Below are positions 29,505 through 38,768 of a stretch of DNA of 56,210 nt, piece after piece. The stretch's first letter is position 1; every line of letters begins with the position of its first letter. The notes below the pieces were generated by a model. That model was not told the DNA's origin. It worked only from the letters and a program-made list of their open reading frames with translations, and did not search any database. Source of the DNA: Deltaproteobacteria bacterium. GTDB taxonomy: Bacteria; Desulfobacterota; WTBG01; CAIYCZ01; CAIRTM01. The DNA lies in NCBI GenBank assembly GCA_016875025.1, contig VGSH01000003.1, forward strand, positions 1 to 56,210. The letters are read 5' to 3'. Position numbers and translations under genes: made by a program.

Positions 29505-30263
29505 GTGATTGTTCTGAAAAGTGATGCTGAACTGAATAAGCTCTATGCCGCCAACCAGATCGTGGCCCGGACCCTGCGGCTGCTGAGCGAAAAAATCGAG
29601 CCCGGTATGACGACCGCCGCGCTTGACGCTCTGGCCGAGCAGACCATACGCGCCGAAGGAGCTGAGCCGGCCTTCAAGGGCTATCACGGTTTTCCGTCAG
29701 CCCTGTGCATTTCGATCAATGAGCAGGTCGTGCACGGCATACCCGGAAAGCGGCGTATCAAAAACGGTGACGTGGTCAGCCTCGATGTCGGCGTGCTGCT
29801 GGATGGATTTTACGGCGATGCGGCCCTGACGGTTCCGGTCGGCGACATTGCGCCTGCGGCCCGCAAGCTGCTGCGCGTCACCGAGGAGTCGCTGTATAAG
29901 GGGATTGAAAAAGCCGTGCCCGGCGGGCGGCTTGCGGATATTTCCGCGGCCGTGCAGCAACATGTAGAGGATCACGGGTTCAGCGTAGTGCGCGATTTTG
30001 TGGGCCACGGCATCGGCCGCAGCCTGCATGAGGATCCGCAGATACCCAATTTTTATTCCCCGGCCGCGTTCAACCCGCGTTTGAAGGCCGGTATGGTATT
30101 GGCGCTGGAGCCGATGGTGAACCAGGGCACGCACAAGGTACGCGTGCTGCATGACGGCTGGACCGCGGTCACGCAGGACGGCAAACTCTCAGCCCATTAT
30201 GAGCATACCGTTGCCGTCACCGCAGAGGGCCCCTGGATTCTCAGCCGTCTTGACGGAAGGTGA
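29505..30263 (+). CDS. map: Methionine aminopeptidase type I
   Basis: CISINEQVVHGIP, FYGDAALT, GHGIGRSLHEDP, SAHYEHT; probable GTG start. Confidence 0.97.
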   Translation: MIVLKSDAELNKLYAANQIVARTLRLLSEKIEPGMTTAALDALAEQTIRAEGAEPAFKGYHGFPSALCISINEQVVHGIPGKRRIKNGDVVSLDVGVLLDGFYGDAALTVPVGDIAPAARKLLRVTEESLYKGIEKAVPGGRLADISAAVQQHVEDHGFSVVRDFVGHGIGRSLHEDPQIPNFYSPAAFNPRLKAGMVLALEPMVNQGTHKVRVLHDGWTAVTQDGKLSAHYEHTVAVTAEGPWILSRLDGR

Positions 30264-30296
30264 GAGGCCCGGATGGCGGTATGCACAGGAGCAGCT

Positions 30297-30785
30297 ATGG
30301 CAAAGCTTGAAGTTCTTCGCTACCCCAACTCAGTGCTTCGCAAAAAATGCGAACCGATTGAGACTATTGATGATGCGGTTGTGCAGCTTGCGCGCGACAT
30401 GCTGGAGACCATGTACGAAGATAAAGGCGTCGGTCTGGCCGCGCCCCAGGTCGGTGTAAGCCGCCGGTTGATCGTGCTTGATGTTGGCGACGGCCCGCTG
30501 GCGCTGATCAATCCTGAAATCACTTCTGCCGAAGGCACCGACACCATGGAAGAGGGCTGTTTGTGCCTGCCCGGTATCAATGTCGAGGTCGAGCGCAGCG
30601 CCCGCGTGCGTGTTGTCGGCCTTGACACCTCCGGCAAACCGCTCGACATCGACGCCGACGACCTGCTTGCCCGGGCCCTGCAGCATGAGATCGACCACTT
30701 GTCCGGCACGCTGATTATCGACAAGGTCTCAAAGCTCAAGCGCGACCTGCTGATCAAAAAATACAAAAAAAATCAGCAGCCCTAG
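30297..30785 (+). CDS. def: Peptide deformylase
   Basis: GVGLAAPQ, EGCL, QHEIDHL. Confidence 0.97.
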   Translation: MAKLEVLRYPNSVLRKKCEPIETIDDAVVQLARDMLETMYEDKGVGLAAPQVGVSRRLIVLDVGDGPLALINPEITSAEGTDTMEEGCLCLPGINVEVERSARVRVVGLDTSGKPLDIDADDLLARALQHEIDHLSGTLIIDKVSKLKRDLLIKKYKKNQQP

Positions 30786-30952
30786 AGCATTTTCTAAATA
30801 GTGTAGCCTGAGATAGAACACCGTTCGTTCGCCCTGAGCCTGTCGAAGGGTTGAACGGACAGCTGACGCTGACCCCCCGTTCATGGTTCGACAAGCTCAC
30901 CACGAACGGCTTTGCTCTTTTAAAGGACTACAGTAAAAAGAAAAATGCTCTA
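30783..30952. mobile_element. MITE-like element with an internal palindromic repeat
   Basis: TIRs TAGAGCATTTT / AAAATGCTCTA, the left one overlapping the def stop codon; internal GAGCCTGTCGAA / TTCGACAAGCTC and CCGTTCG / CGAACGG inverted repeats. Confidence 0.75.
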
Positions 30953-30990
30953 AAGTTTCCGCCCTGCCCACCTTGCTTTTTTTATCTCCA

Positions 30991-31020
30991 GTAGGGCGGA
31001 CTAAGCGCAGCATGTCCGCC
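30991..31020 (+). repeat. GTAG-type REP-like hairpin
   Basis: GTAG followed by GGCGGAC-n12-GTCCGCC. Confidence 0.6.
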
Positions 31021-31271
31021 AACCCAGTTCAACCCTGCCTGCCCTCTGCGGCTCCTCTTTTGATTCCGCTTCTCGCGGAATGAATGTTAAATACAGCACA
31101 GATTGTTTTTGAAAAGCCTTTGTTTGCAAAACGGGGGCTTTTGTTATATAACAAGCGTAACATTTTAAATTTGTATATGTGTTTAAATAGCCGCACAGCA
31201 CAATATAGTGTGGTTCTATCATGACCTGTGCCACAATATATCTTTAATGCTTCAATCACTGAAAAAAGTTC

Positions 31272-31300
31272 TTGACAAATAAATTTAAATGCTATAGCAT
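31272..31300 (+). promoter_or_regulatory. Sigma70 promoter of the hsd operon with overlapping palindromic operator
   Basis: TTGACA-17-TAGCAT; perfect palindrome ATGCTATAGCAT (31289-31300) covers the -10 box. Confidence 0.7.
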
Positions 31301-31324
31301 ACCTGACATATGGAGGAACTAAGC

Positions 31325-33145
31325 ATGCTCGATATACGCGATATAAGCACGGTTGTGAAGGAATTGAGAAGCAGGCTGAATTTAAGTCAGGAGGAACTGG
31401 CAGCAAAGCTCGGGGTTTCGTTTGCCACGGTCAACCGCTGGGAAAACGAGCGGATCGTGCCGCGCGGCAAGGCCCGCGCCGCGATTCAGAAGCTGATTGA
31501 AGAGAGCGGCCTTGATGAGAGCGATTCCGGTGAGGCTGACACCTCCGCGAGTCCGATCAAAAAGCGAAGGCGCTCAAAATCAAAGGACGACGTGTTGAGC
31601 AACAGATCAATGGAGCAGATGCTGTGGAGTGCGGCCTGCTCTATTCGCGGTGAAAAGGACGCGCCCAAGTTCAAGGACTATATCCTGCCGCTTGTTTTTA
31701 TCAAGCGGCTTTCAGACGTGTTCGAGGATGAAGTGCAGCGACTTTCTGAAACCTACGGCGATACGGATACGGCCTTGTCCATAATTGAGGCTGATCACGG
31801 GCTGGTGCGTTTTTTTATTCCGCCTGAGGCGCGTTGGCCGGTTGTGAGCAGGCGCGAGCAGTTTAACTGGCCTGATGACCGCAAGCCGAAGACCTTGGGT
31901 GAGCAGCTGACCATCACGGTTCGCTCTATCGTGAAACAAAACCCGAGCCTGAGCGGCGTGATCGACACGGTTGATTACAATGAAACCCGCAACGGCGAGC
32001 GCGAGATCAGCGACACGGCCCTCTCCGGTGTGATTGAAACGCTGACTGATCCGCGCTACCGCCTCGGCCTCTATGATGTCGAGCCTGACTTTCTCGGCCG
32101 GGCCTATGAATACCTGCTGCGCAAATTTGCCGAAGGCCAGGGCCAGAGCGCGGGTGAGTTTTTTACTCCCACCGAGGTCGGCTGGCTTATGGGCTATATT
32201 GTGCGGCCGAGTCAGGGTGAAGAGGTCTATGATTTTGCCTGCGGCTCGGCCGGGTTGCTTATTAAGTGCGAGCTTGCCCTGCAGGAGCGCGAGCTGAAAG
32301 TGAAGCGCCCGCTCAAACTCTACGGTCAGGAGCTGACCGGCTCCAGCTACGCCATCGCCCGCATGAACATGGTTATTCACGACATGGAAGGCGAAATCGT
32401 GCGCGGCAATTCCATGACCAATCCCAAGTTCAGGGAGTCGGATTCGGGCCTCAGAAAATTCGACATCGTTGTCGCCAATCCCATGTGGAACCAGCCCTTT
32501 GATACGGCCGTGTATGACAACGACCCCTACGATCGTTTCGAACCCCGGGGCGGCATCACCACCGGCAAGGCCGACTGGGCCTGGATGCAGCACACCGCCG
32601 CCTCGCTCAAAGATCACGGACGCGCTGCCGTGGTTATCGATACCGGCGCGGTCACACGCGGCAGCGGGAGTAAAAGCGAAGACCGCGAAAAGAAAATCCG
32701 CAAGTGGTTTGTTGATAATGATCTCGTTGAAGGCGTGATCCTGCTGCCGGACAACCTGTTTTACAACACCACCGCAGCCGGAATCATCATTGTATTTAAC
32801 AAGCACAAGCCCCCTGTTCGCAAAGGCAAAATCGTGCTGGTGAACGCAAGCCAGGAATGCAAGAAAGGCAGGCCGAAAAACTACATCCCTGATGAAAGCA
32901 TCCACCGGATCGCCGATGCTTTTATTCAGGCTAAGGATATAGAGCGGTTTGTGAAGGTCATTACAAACGAAAAAGCAGCGGAGGAGGATTATAACCTCTC
33001 GCCGTCAAGGTATGTAGATACAGCGGCCAAGGAGATATATAGACACATCCCGGAAATATTGCTGGAATTGAAGCAGGTCGAACAGCAGGCACAGTCGATA
33101 GACACAGAACTGGACGCTATCTTCAAAAAATTGAAACTGGAGTAG
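31325..33145 (+). CDS. hsdM: Type I R-M methyltransferase HsdM with N-terminal XRE HTH
   Basis: SQEELAAKLGVSFATVNRWE HTH; LWSAACSIRG, GEFFTP, DFACGSAG, ANPMW; GGAGG before ATG 31325. Confidence 0.95.
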   Translation: MLDIRDISTVVKELRSRLNLSQEELAAKLGVSFATVNRWENERIVPRGKARAAIQKLIEESGLDESDSGEADTSASPIKKRRRSKSKDDVLSNRSMEQMLWSAACSIRGEKDAPKFKDYILPLVFIKRLSDVFEDEVQRLSETYGDTDTALSIIEADHGLVRFFIPPEARWPVVSRREQFNWPDDRKPKTLGEQLTITVRSIVKQNPSLSGVIDTVDYNETRNGEREISDTALSGVIETLTDPRYRLGLYDVEPDFLGRAYEYLLRKFAEGQGQSAGEFFTPTEVGWLMGYIVRPSQGEEVYDFACGSAGLLIKCELALQERELKVKRPLKLYGQELTGSSYAIARMNMVIHDMEGEIVRGNSMTNPKFRESDSGLRKFDIVVANPMWNQPFDTAVYDNDPYDRFEPRGGITTGKADWAWMQHTAASLKDHGRAAVVIDTGAVTRGSGSKSEDREKKIRKWFVDNDLVEGVILLPDNLFYNTTAAGIIIVFNKHKPPVRKGKIVLVNASQECKKGRPKNYIPDESIHRIADAFIQAKDIERFVKVITNEKAAEEDYNLSPSRYVDTAAKEIYRHIPEILLELKQVEQQAQSIDTELDAIFKKLKLE

Positions 33146-33147
33146 AT

Positions 33148-34404
33148 ATGGCCACACCAGTATGGGCAGAAAGCTCATTGAGCAGTTTGTGCTCTCTTGT
33201 TAAAGACACATGCAATCCATCGTCTTGTGGTGTGGATGCATATATAGGGTTAGAGCATATTGAGTCAGGCAGGTTTAACTTAAAAAACTATGGCTCCCCT
33301 CACCACGTACGGAGTTCTAAAAATAAATTTAAGAAAAATGATGTGTTGTATGGAAAGTTGCGGCCTTACCTTGATAAGGCAGTGGTAGCGGATCGTGAAG
33401 GAATTTGTTCTACGGATATACTGGTTTTCAGACCAAAGGGTGGCACACCACCACACTTTTTAGCGGGCGTTTTGCACAGGGATGAATTTATTCAATATGC
33501 AAACAAGACTACTCATGGGCTTAATCATCCGCGCACGTCCTGGGCTTCATTAAGGGAATTCTCTTTGAGGGTTCCTTCTGTAGATGAGCAGAAAAAAATC
33601 GCTGCCGTTCTTTTTAAAATTCAAACAGCGATCGAATTACAGGAGCGCATCATTGAAACAACCCGCGAGTTGAAAAAATCAACCATGCAGCATGTTTTTA
33701 CCTGCGGCCTGCGGGGCGAGAAAACAAAGGAAACCGAGCTTGGCCGGATACCGGAAAGCTGGGATGTCGTTGAAATATCTAAATGTTGCAATATCCGGAG
33801 TGCAACCATTGCTTTTGAAGAGTTTAAAAAGTTTTATGAGAATGAAGATGGGTGTGAATGTTGCGCAATAAAAGTTTCTGACATGAATTTACCTGGGAAT
33901 GAAAAATGGATTAATGAAGCTAACATAAATTTTAAATATCCGTTTGAGCGTATTGCCCAAAAGGCTATTCCAGCGAATTCAATAATTTTCCCCAAAAGGG
34001 GTGCGGCGATAGCAACAAACAAAAAAAGGCTAACCACAAAATGGACTTTTTTGGATCCGAACTTAATTGCCTTAATCCCACAGAAAAAAATCAGTTATGA
34101 ATTTTTATACTATTGGTTTTTAACGTTTGATTTGACAAAAATTCAGGATTTGGGTCCAACGCCTCAGTTAAATAAAAAAGATATTTCTCCATTGTTGATA
34201 CCGTGTCCTCGTGAACGTGAGCAAAATGAAATCGTGAATGTTTTACAGTCTGTTGATAAAAAAATTGAGCTCCAAAGCGCAAAAAAAACTGAATTACAAG
34301 ATTTGTTCAAAGCAATGTTGAACAAGTTGATGACGGGTGAGATACGGGTTAAGGATTTAGATGTTGATTGTGGTGATGTGCAGTTTTTTGGCAAGGAGTT
34401 ATGA
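33148..34404 (+). CDS. hsdS: Type I R-M specificity subunit
   Basis: Two TRDs with conserved P..EQ..I..L helices and GRIPESW; LYGKLRPYL. Confidence 0.93.
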   Translation: MATPVWAESSLSSLCSLVKDTCNPSSCGVDAYIGLEHIESGRFNLKNYGSPHHVRSSKNKFKKNDVLYGKLRPYLDKAVVADREGICSTDILVFRPKGGTPPHFLAGVLHRDEFIQYANKTTHGLNHPRTSWASLREFSLRVPSVDEQKKIAAVLFKIQTAIELQERIIETTRELKKSTMQHVFTCGLRGEKTKETELGRIPESWDVVEISKCCNIRSATIAFEEFKKFYENEDGCECCAIKVSDMNLPGNEKWINEANINFKYPFERIAQKAIPANSIIFPKRGAAIATNKKRLTTKWTFLDPNLIALIPQKKISYEFLYYWFLTFDLTKIQDLGPTPQLNKKDISPLLIPCPREREQNEIVNVLQSVDKKIELQSAKKTELQDLFKAMLNKLMTGEIRVKDLDVDCGDVQFFGKEL

Positions 34405-35288
34405 TGCAGAACATACCGGCATTAGAGAGCCTTCAGCACAAGTTGAGCAACATACAAAATTTAGAATTTATTAAGGGCGGAGGTTTCAAGGCCGTTTACA
34501 AGGGATTTGTCGGTGGCAAAACTGAGGCAATAAAGCTTATTTATATACCATCTGATATTGAAAATGAAGGCTTGCGTGATGAGATCATCGGACGGACATT
34601 GAGGGAAATTGATTCAATAAAAGCCTGCGATTGTGATTACATTGTGCGCCTCGGTTCACTATCACCGGAATTGATAACCCTAAACGGCAATGAATATATT
34701 GTGTATAGCGAGGAATTCCTTGATGGGGTTGATTTGCGTGAGCGGATAATACAAGGCCATACGCCGGATATAAAGACCTTGCAGTGTTTGGCATTTACTC
34801 TTTTTGAGGCGATTAGTTTTTTCAAAAAGAATGATTTGATTCACAGGGATATCAAACCTGACAATGTAATAGCATTACAGTGTGCGGAAAGGCCATTCGT
34901 CATCCTTGATCTTGGTATTGCGTTCAAATTACATGGAACAGCTTTGACGCGTCTGTCAGAGTTTCGTCCAGGGACACTACCGTATATGGCCCCGGAGATG
35001 TTTAACGCACGTTTTCGTGAGACACTTGATTACAGGAGTGACTTGTATTCTGCTGGGGTAACGCTATATGAATATGCGTCGGGGAAACACCCTATAACAA
35101 GAAGACGAGACGATGAATACACAACGATGTATCGAATTATTAATTCAGCACCTATCCCCCTCGCAAGCCATCGACCGGATTTGCCCATAGAATTTTGTAA
35201 GGTTATAGATCAGTTGATTAAAAAATTACCAGCTTTGCGCCCATCGTCAATAGAGATGCTATTGAAAAAGATAAAGGAGCAACCATGA
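34401..35288 (+). CDS. Hanks-type Ser/Thr protein kinase, kinase domain only
   Basis: GGGFKAVY, AIK, IHRDIKPDN, DLG, GTLPYMAPE, SDLYSAG. Confidence 0.95.
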   Translation: MMQNIPALESLQHKLSNIQNLEFIKGGGFKAVYKGFVGGKTEAIKLIYIPSDIENEGLRDEIIGRTLREIDSIKACDCDYIVRLGSLSPELITLNGNEYIVYSEEFLDGVDLRERIIQGHTPDIKTLQCLAFTLFEAISFFKKNDLIHRDIKPDNVIALQCAERPFVILDLGIAFKLHGTALTRLSEFRPGTLPYMAPEMFNARFRETLDYRSDLYSAGVTLYEYASGKHPITRRRDDEYTTMYRIINSAPIPLASHRPDLPIEFCKVIDQLIKKLPALRPSSIEMLLKKIKEQP

Positions 35289-36484
35289 AACTCTTTGCAC
35301 AACATGGATACGGGCCGGGGGATAAAATTCTTAATGGTATACAGGAAGGTTCTATCAGTGGTGTGATTCTAAGCGCACGCTATCAAAAAAAAGAGAAACT
35401 TAATAGTGATATTGAAAATATTATAAACATATCGAATAATGCTGAAATTTTAATGGATCCAGAGATATATGCATGTATATGTGCAAACATGCCCGATTCA
35501 CAACTTGGCCAGTTGGTTGATTGGGATTTCTTTCGACCCCATCGGAGGGCTCAGCTAGAAGATACATCAAACATAGACGGGGTCTTGGGTGCTACATTCA
35601 CGACAATGGCTGGTTTCCCTCTTACATCGATCATAGCCCCAAACATTTTTATTCCAAGGTCTTTTAACTCTATCGAAGCAGTTATTGCAAAAAATTTTAT
35701 ACGACGAACTATGCCGGTATTTGCCCAAACAGGAGACACTCGGCATGTTTTTGCCACCTTGGCAATCGGGCACCATGCACTTTTGGACCGAGATGAATTC
35801 GGGGCATTTTTAAATGACATCACCGCATTAGATAATCCGCCAGACGGATTTTATGTTTTAATCGGTGGGGGCATGGCAGACGAAAGGACGGACATTACCC
35901 GCTCCGAAATAATGCATGCTGATGTTATTGCAGGATGGATGCTTTTGAATTTTACGCTGAAGATGAATGGCTTTAAGGTGATTAATGGTTGTTCTGATAT
36001 TTTGACCCCTTTGTTGGGGGGGGTGGGCGGATATGCTGGTGCTACTGGTTGGTGGACAAATCTGAGGATGTTTTCCATGAATAAATACATAAGAACAGCC
36101 AGCGGGGGCAGGCAGCCTGTGGTTCGTTATCTAAGTAACATCATTTTGAATAGAATTAAATTTTCAGAAAGGGAGGCAATAGCCGCCTTGATTCCCGAAA
36201 TCAACAACGGCCTTGCTCATGACAGTGATTATGAATCTGGCGAGCCTGAGCGACGGGTGGAAGTTTTGCAAACATGGGAATCTATTAAGAACCTCAATGA
36301 GCATTTAATAGGTTCCAATGTTGAGGAGAGTATACGGCGTTTGGAAAATGCTATTAAACGAGCAGATGCTACCTACACAAGGCTATCTGGGTTTGGGTTG
36401 CCATTGGATATCGAGACAAATCGTGAGTATATAACCTCTTTACGGGAAGGGCTAAAAACGTTTAAGCAGATAGCTGAAATTTAG
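35285..36484 (+). CDS. Hypothetical 399-aa protein coupled to the kinase
   Basis: ATGA overlap and AAGGAG RBS; alternating alpha/beta pattern (QHGYG, GVILS, DPEIY); loosely reminiscent of sce7725/beta-family proteins. Confidence 0.85.
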   Translation: MKLFAQHGYGPGDKILNGIQEGSISGVILSARYQKKEKLNSDIENIINISNNAEILMDPEIYACICANMPDSQLGQLVDWDFFRPHRRAQLEDTSNIDGVLGATFTTMAGFPLTSIIAPNIFIPRSFNSIEAVIAKNFIRRTMPVFAQTGDTRHVFATLAIGHHALLDRDEFGAFLNDITALDNPPDGFYVLIGGGMADERTDITRSEIMHADVIAGWMLLNFTLKMNGFKVINGCSDILTPLLGGVGGYAGATGWWTNLRMFSMNKYIRTASGGRQPVVRYLSNIILNRIKFSEREAIAALIPEINNGLAHDSDYESGEPERRVEVLQTWESIKNLNEHLIGSNVEESIRRLENAIKRADATYTRLSGFGLPLDIETNREYITSLREGLKTFKQIAEI

Positions 36485-37067
36485 AGGCCTTTGCAACTAG
36501 TTGTATTGCACGGGGAATATATTTAGGCTCCAAAGGGGTAGATGGTCTCGGTGTGTATAGTTGTTTAATGCTGCCGCTACCTTGCGAAAAACCCCAGAGG
36601 CCGACTTTAATCGTTTTAAATGTCTCAATAAATCGAGATGCTGTGTGAAGAGCTTCGTCAGGAAGCACAACAATACTGACATTGGCAAAATATCTGTATC
36701 TATGAGCCTGCATTAGTGCTTTTCTCCAATTTGATATTTTTAGTTCGAAGGCTCTAAGAATAGGCTTTGCTACTTTAATGAAATCTATAACATTCTGGGG
36801 CTGATCATGTGCAGGTAAGTTGTCTGGGTTAAAATACAGCGCAACAAAATCGGCTATGCCGTAACCGTTTATAGGTATTTCACGAGAAAAATAGACCTCT
36901 GTCCGAGCTGATCCATAATGCAGCGAGGCAAACTGTGAGATATAAGACCTTGCAAAACTGATGGTAAAATCTCTTTCTGTATTCTTTCTGGAGACTTTAG
37001 CAGACAGATTCCGTCTGGGTTCTCGGAAGCTGTATTTTGGTATGAAGATGTTTGATTGTTTTTGCAT
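36462..37067 (-). CDS. PD-(D/E)xK-like nuclease-fold protein
   Basis: REIPINGYGIADFV...AFELKISNWRKALMQAHRY (E...D...ExK...QxxxY); 23-bp convergent overlap; start ATG 37067 or TTG 37127. Confidence 0.75.
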   Translation of the reverse strand: MQKQSNIFIPKYSFREPRRNLSAKVSRKNTERDFTISFARSYISQFASLHYGSARTEVYFSREIPINGYGIADFVALYFNPDNLPAHDQPQNVIDFIKVAKPILRAFELKISNWRKALMQAHRYRYFANVSIVVLPDEALHTASRFIETFKTIKVGLWGFSQGSGSIKQLYTPRPSTPLEPKYIPRAIQLVAKASKFQLSA

Positions 37068-37164
37068 GTCTAAATTATAGCTTTTAACGGATGTATTACA
37101 ATCGTTTTTTCGGAAAAATACAGACAATTATTAGCAAATAATATAATAAAATAGCATTAAAGGA

Positions 37165-37287
37165 AATAAAGGCGAAATTGTTGTTTGTCAGTCAAGTGGC
37201 AGTAGCTTGAAGGTCAATTCAGCTGTTGCAAAAATTGCAATAGTTGAAAGCGGAGTGGCGTGTGAACTATCCGGGAAAACCGGTTAG
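37165..37287 (+). pseudogene. Possible RhuM-like gene relic carrying two palindromes
   Basis: Startless frame NKGEIVVCQS...NSAVAKIAIV resembles the RhuM-family N-terminus and its VAKxAxV motif (recalled similarity only). Confidence 0.4.
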
Positions 37288-37324
37288 TTTATGATTGCGA
37301 TATGCGGTATATGGGCATTGAATT

Positions 37325-38749
37325 ATGAAGTTGAGAGAGTCGGAAATAATTGAGCTGAAAGCTTCTACTGCCCAGTTGAGCAGGGCGCTGGAATCGTTGT
37401 GCGCGTTTGCAAACACGAATCTTGGCACTGTGTTTTTCGGCATAGATGACAGTGGGCATGCTGTCGGCCAGGATGTGAGTGACCGGACGGTTCGCAACAT
37501 TACCACGGATATCTTGTCGCAGATAGAGCCGCGGCTGTTTCCGAACATATGGGTGGAGGAGCTGCAGGGCAAAACCGTCCTGAAAGTTGAATTGAAGGCA
37601 GCTCCTGAAAAGCCGTACTTTTATAAGGGCAAAGCCTATAAGCGGGTAGGCACCAGTAACGTGTATCTGTCGCGCTATGAAATTGAAAAATATCTGTATG
37701 AACGCGACAACCCGGCCTATCACTATGATAAAACTATTGCCGCCGGCTATGCCGGTGGAATTAACCGCGACAGGCTGGTGTGGTTTCTCGGCAAAGCCAG
37801 TGAAGGGCGCAATCTGCCGGTTGATGATTCCGCGCCGCAGGACTCTACCCTTGAAAAGCTCGGCCTGTTCACGGACGGTCGGCTTAATTTCTCAGGGGTT
37901 CTGGCATTCGGCTTTGATATTCCGCTGACGCTGCCGCATGCATATGTGAAGTGCGCTTCGTTTGAGGGAACTGACAAGACCGGCAAGATTCTGGATCATG
38001 CCGACATTAAGGAGGATGTGTTTCGGCAGATTGATCTGGCGGAAGCGTTTATACTGCGCAATATCCGCAAATCTGCGGAAGTTGATTCTGAGACCATGCG
38101 GCGTGAAACCCGGTATGAGGTCCCGCACCGGGCCATTCGTGAAGCTGTTGCCAATGCCGTGGCCCACCGTGATTATCGAATTGCAAGCACGGTAGATGTT
38201 GCCCTGTTTGATGACCGGATTGAAATTTGGTCGCCGGGCAGTTTGCCGAACGGCATGACGCTGGAGCTGTTGCGAAAAGACCACGCCTCTGTGCTGCGCA
38301 ATGCCGCCCTTGCTGAAATGCTGTATCTGGCCGGCTATATTGAGCATTGGGGAACCGGTATCAGGAATATGCAGACGTGGATGCGGGAATACGGCCTGCC
38401 TGAGCCGGAATACCGTGAGGATGGAATCAGCTTTGTAACTGTTTTAAAACGCGAACAGGCGGTGGCCCACCCCGCAAGTACCCCGCAAGTACCCCGCAAG
38501 TACCCCGCAAGTACCCCGCAAGTTGAGGCGGTGCTTGCTTTTTGTATTTCACCTCAAAAACGTGAGGATATACAGGCACATTTGGGATTGCTGGACCGAG
38601 AACACTTCAGAAAGACAATATTGAATCCAATGGTTGCGGAGGAATTGCTGGCTTTGACTATTCCGGACAAACTAAAGAGTTCGAAACAGCAGTATGTGAC
38701 GACAGAGAAGGGTAAGCAAGTATTAAAGACAAGCGTGGGAGGTTCGTAA
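37325..38749 (+). CDS. AlbA_2/Schlafen domain + HATPase_c_4-like domain + C-terminal winged HTH
   Basis: ESEIIELK, CAFANTNLG, REAVANAVAHRDY, IEIWSPG, IEHWGTG, TIPDKLKSSKQQY. Confidence 0.9.
   Translation: MKLRESEIIELKASTAQLSRALESLCAFANTNLGTVFFGIDDSGHAVGQDVSDRTVRNITTDILSQIEPRLFPNIWVEELQGKTVLKVELKAAPEKPYFYKGKAYKRVGTSNVYLSRYEIEKYLYERDNPAYHYDKTIAAGYAGGINRDRLVWFLGKASEGRNLPVDDSAPQDSTLEKLGLFTDGRLNFSGVLAFGFDIPLTLPHAYVKCASFEGTDKTGKILDHADIKEDVFRQIDLAEAFILRNIRKSAEVDSETMRRETRYEVPHRAIREAVANAVAHRDYRIASTVDVALFDDRIEIWSPGSLPNGMTLELLRKDHASVLRNAALAEMLYLAGYIEHWGTGIRNMQTWMREYGLPEPEYREDGISFVTVLKREQAVAHPASTPQVPRKYPASTPQVEAVLAFCISPQKREDIQAHLGLLDREHFRKTILNPMVAEELLALTIPDKLKSSKQQYVTTEKGKQVLKTSVGGS
38469..38523 (+). 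repeat. Five tandem copies of ACCCCGCAAGT (11 bp) inside a CDS
   Basis: Exact copies start at 38469, 38480, 38491, 38502 and 38513. Confidence 0.95.
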
Positions 38750-38768
38750 ATCGATACTTATATCGGAG

